A DNA stretch of 64,000 bases from Nitrosopumilaceae archaeon. Its GTDB lineage: Archaea; Thermoproteota; Nitrososphaeria; Nitrososphaerales; Nitrosopumilaceae. Every line of letters starts with the position of its first letter. Within the stretch, counting starts at the first letter, position 1. The stretch lies in NCBI GenBank assembly GCA_965200155.1, contig CBDATR010000034.1, positions 1 to 64,000 of the forward strand, written 5' to 3'. Position numbers and translations under genes: made by a program. Below the pieces are notes generated by a model, which saw only the letters and a list, made by a program, of their open reading frames with translations, did not search any database and was not told where the DNA came from. Of this stretch, positions 62,694 through 64,000 are shown piece by piece.

Positions 62694-64000
62694 TTGAAAG
62701 CCCTGCTTAGCTTACCGCTGCTGGCCGTTCTGGTATTAGTTGCAGGTATAAGCCCCGCCTTGGGAGCGCAGCTTGATGTTACAATTGACCCCGAATCTGA
62801 GTCATCGCCATTCAAGATGACATACCAGAGAACAGTACAGCTGTACTATGAGGAGAATGGTAACATTGCAGAACGGTTGCAGGGTCTGGACTCCATACTG
62901 GAAGGACAGACAGAGGTTGGGGATCCTTCCATGTTGCAGCTGGCCGAATCCATAAACTCCAAGATACGGGCCGATGGTAGCGCCGCATCCGTGGAAGATT
63001 TGACGGTAGACTACAAGTTCCAGCTTACCGGCAGGGATAACCGTGTGGATGTGGATCTTACCGTTATACTACAGGGTCACGTAGCAGAATATGTAATTAT
63101 TGAGGACCAGCTAAGAAAACTGGTGGAGCTGGGTTGGCGTGCAGTAGGCACAAGCGACCCGGTGCCTGTGGGCGATACTGACATTAACATACTTCTGAAC
63201 CTAATGGAGGTCCATCATCCTGACATTTACCACTTGGTGCAGGGCACTGCCGCGGAGGATATATTTTCAATGCCCTTGATAAACGCGGACTTTATACTAG
63301 AGCAACCAATGACTAATTGGCACTTTCTGTTTGATCCCACCGGCATCAGCTCTGATGCAGGACTCTTTGGCATGAGTGATGAACTTGCAGGCAAGGTGCT
63401 CTCCTCATGGACCATGGGTGAGAGTAGCATTCGTGAAGGTATCCAGGAGGTACTGGACTGGGATGCCGCCGTTACCGGACATACACATCCTACCATACCC
63501 GGCGATATCAGCTTCGAGGTACGGGCCCGCCAGGCACCGGATCAGGGCAATTTGAATATTATAGGATTTGGAGCGCTTGACCAATTGGATGGTATAGAGA
63601 TTGCCGGTGTGACTCCGTCTGCCCCGGACTCGGCCAATACGGCAACGGGAGACTTTCCGGTATTCATAATATATGGCATGGCAGGACTGGCAGCAGTAGG
63701 TGGCTTACTCTTCTTCTTTGTGAGTAACAGGGCACTAAAGAACGAAAAGCAGGGTCAGCAGGGCATAGACCCCCATGACTTGGTGGGTTACCAGACCAGT
63801 ACTGCTTCTGGCGGTTACCAGACCAATCGGGGTGAGGCCCAGCTCAAAAGTAACGATGACTACCAGCAGACTAGAAGCTACTATGAGCAGACCGAGTCCA
63901 CGGCTGAAACAACAGCGCCGGTACCAGATACCACTGATGAAATTACATGCTCATGTGCCGCGTCCGAGTTGATGAGCTCCGAGTGTGATTGCCAAATGCA
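62694..64000 (+). CDS. Exported membrane-anchored hypothetical protein, runs off the window (absent from the ORF track)
   Basis: My translation: TTG start, LKALLSLPLLAVLVLVAGISPALGA signal, open frame, TM helix near 63655-63725, Cys-rich tail. Confidence 0.8.
   Translation, partial: MKALLSLPLLAVLVLVAGISPALGAQLDVTIDPESESSPFKMTYQRTVQLYYEENGNIAERLQGLDSILEGQTEVGDPSMLQLAESINSKIRADGSAASVEDLTVDYKFQLTGRDNRVDVDLTVILQGHVAEYVIIEDQLRKLVELGWRAVGTSDPVPVGDTDINILLNLMEVHHPDIYHLVQGTAAEDIFSMPLINADFILEQPMTNWHFLFDPTGISSDAGLFGMSDELAGKVLSSWTMGESSIREGIQEVLDWDAAVTGHTHPTIPGDISFEVRARQAPDQGNLNIIGFGALDQLDGIEIAGVTPSAPDSANTATGDFPVFIIYGMAGLAAVGGLLFFFVSNRALKNEKQGQQGIDPHDLVGYQTSTASGGYQTNRGEAQLKSNDDYQQTRSYYEQTESTAETTAPVPDTTDEITCSCAASELMSSECDCQM

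Overview
Archaeal chromosome segment. Gene content (rps26e, archaeal thrS/trpS/pheST, SMC, Nob1, TrmI, fused AhbAB, split MetH) points to a Nitrosopumilaceae-type thaumarchaeote; the heavy load of decayed mobile DNA suggests a host-associated lineage (inference). Intact housekeeping blocks alternate with junk-rich patches. These hold IS66-, IS481-, IS903(IS5)- and ISL2(IS5)-like elements, a TnpB pseudogene and three MITE families: GTATGAGTTCAC ends (8-bp TSD), GTAACCGTTTAGGTCRC ends (8-bp TSD), and TATAGCG..CCATAAGTC ends. The most unusual signals are small recurrent scars inside the mobile elements: (i) 37-39-bp duplications flanking a foreign 36-39-bp filler, the geometry of a CRISPR spacer integration outside any array; (ii) 19-22-nt REP-like hairpins inserted at ACRAG with a 5-bp duplication; (iii) RGAACCGGTTCT palindromic replacement scars. 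Also notable are a TnpB bracketed by MITE-type terminal inverted repeats, a MITE-bounded composite carrying an acylphosphatase gene, and a near-perfect 1.8-kb duplication of a secreted coiled-coil protein gene. All calls come from reading the sequence by eye; no database searches were run.
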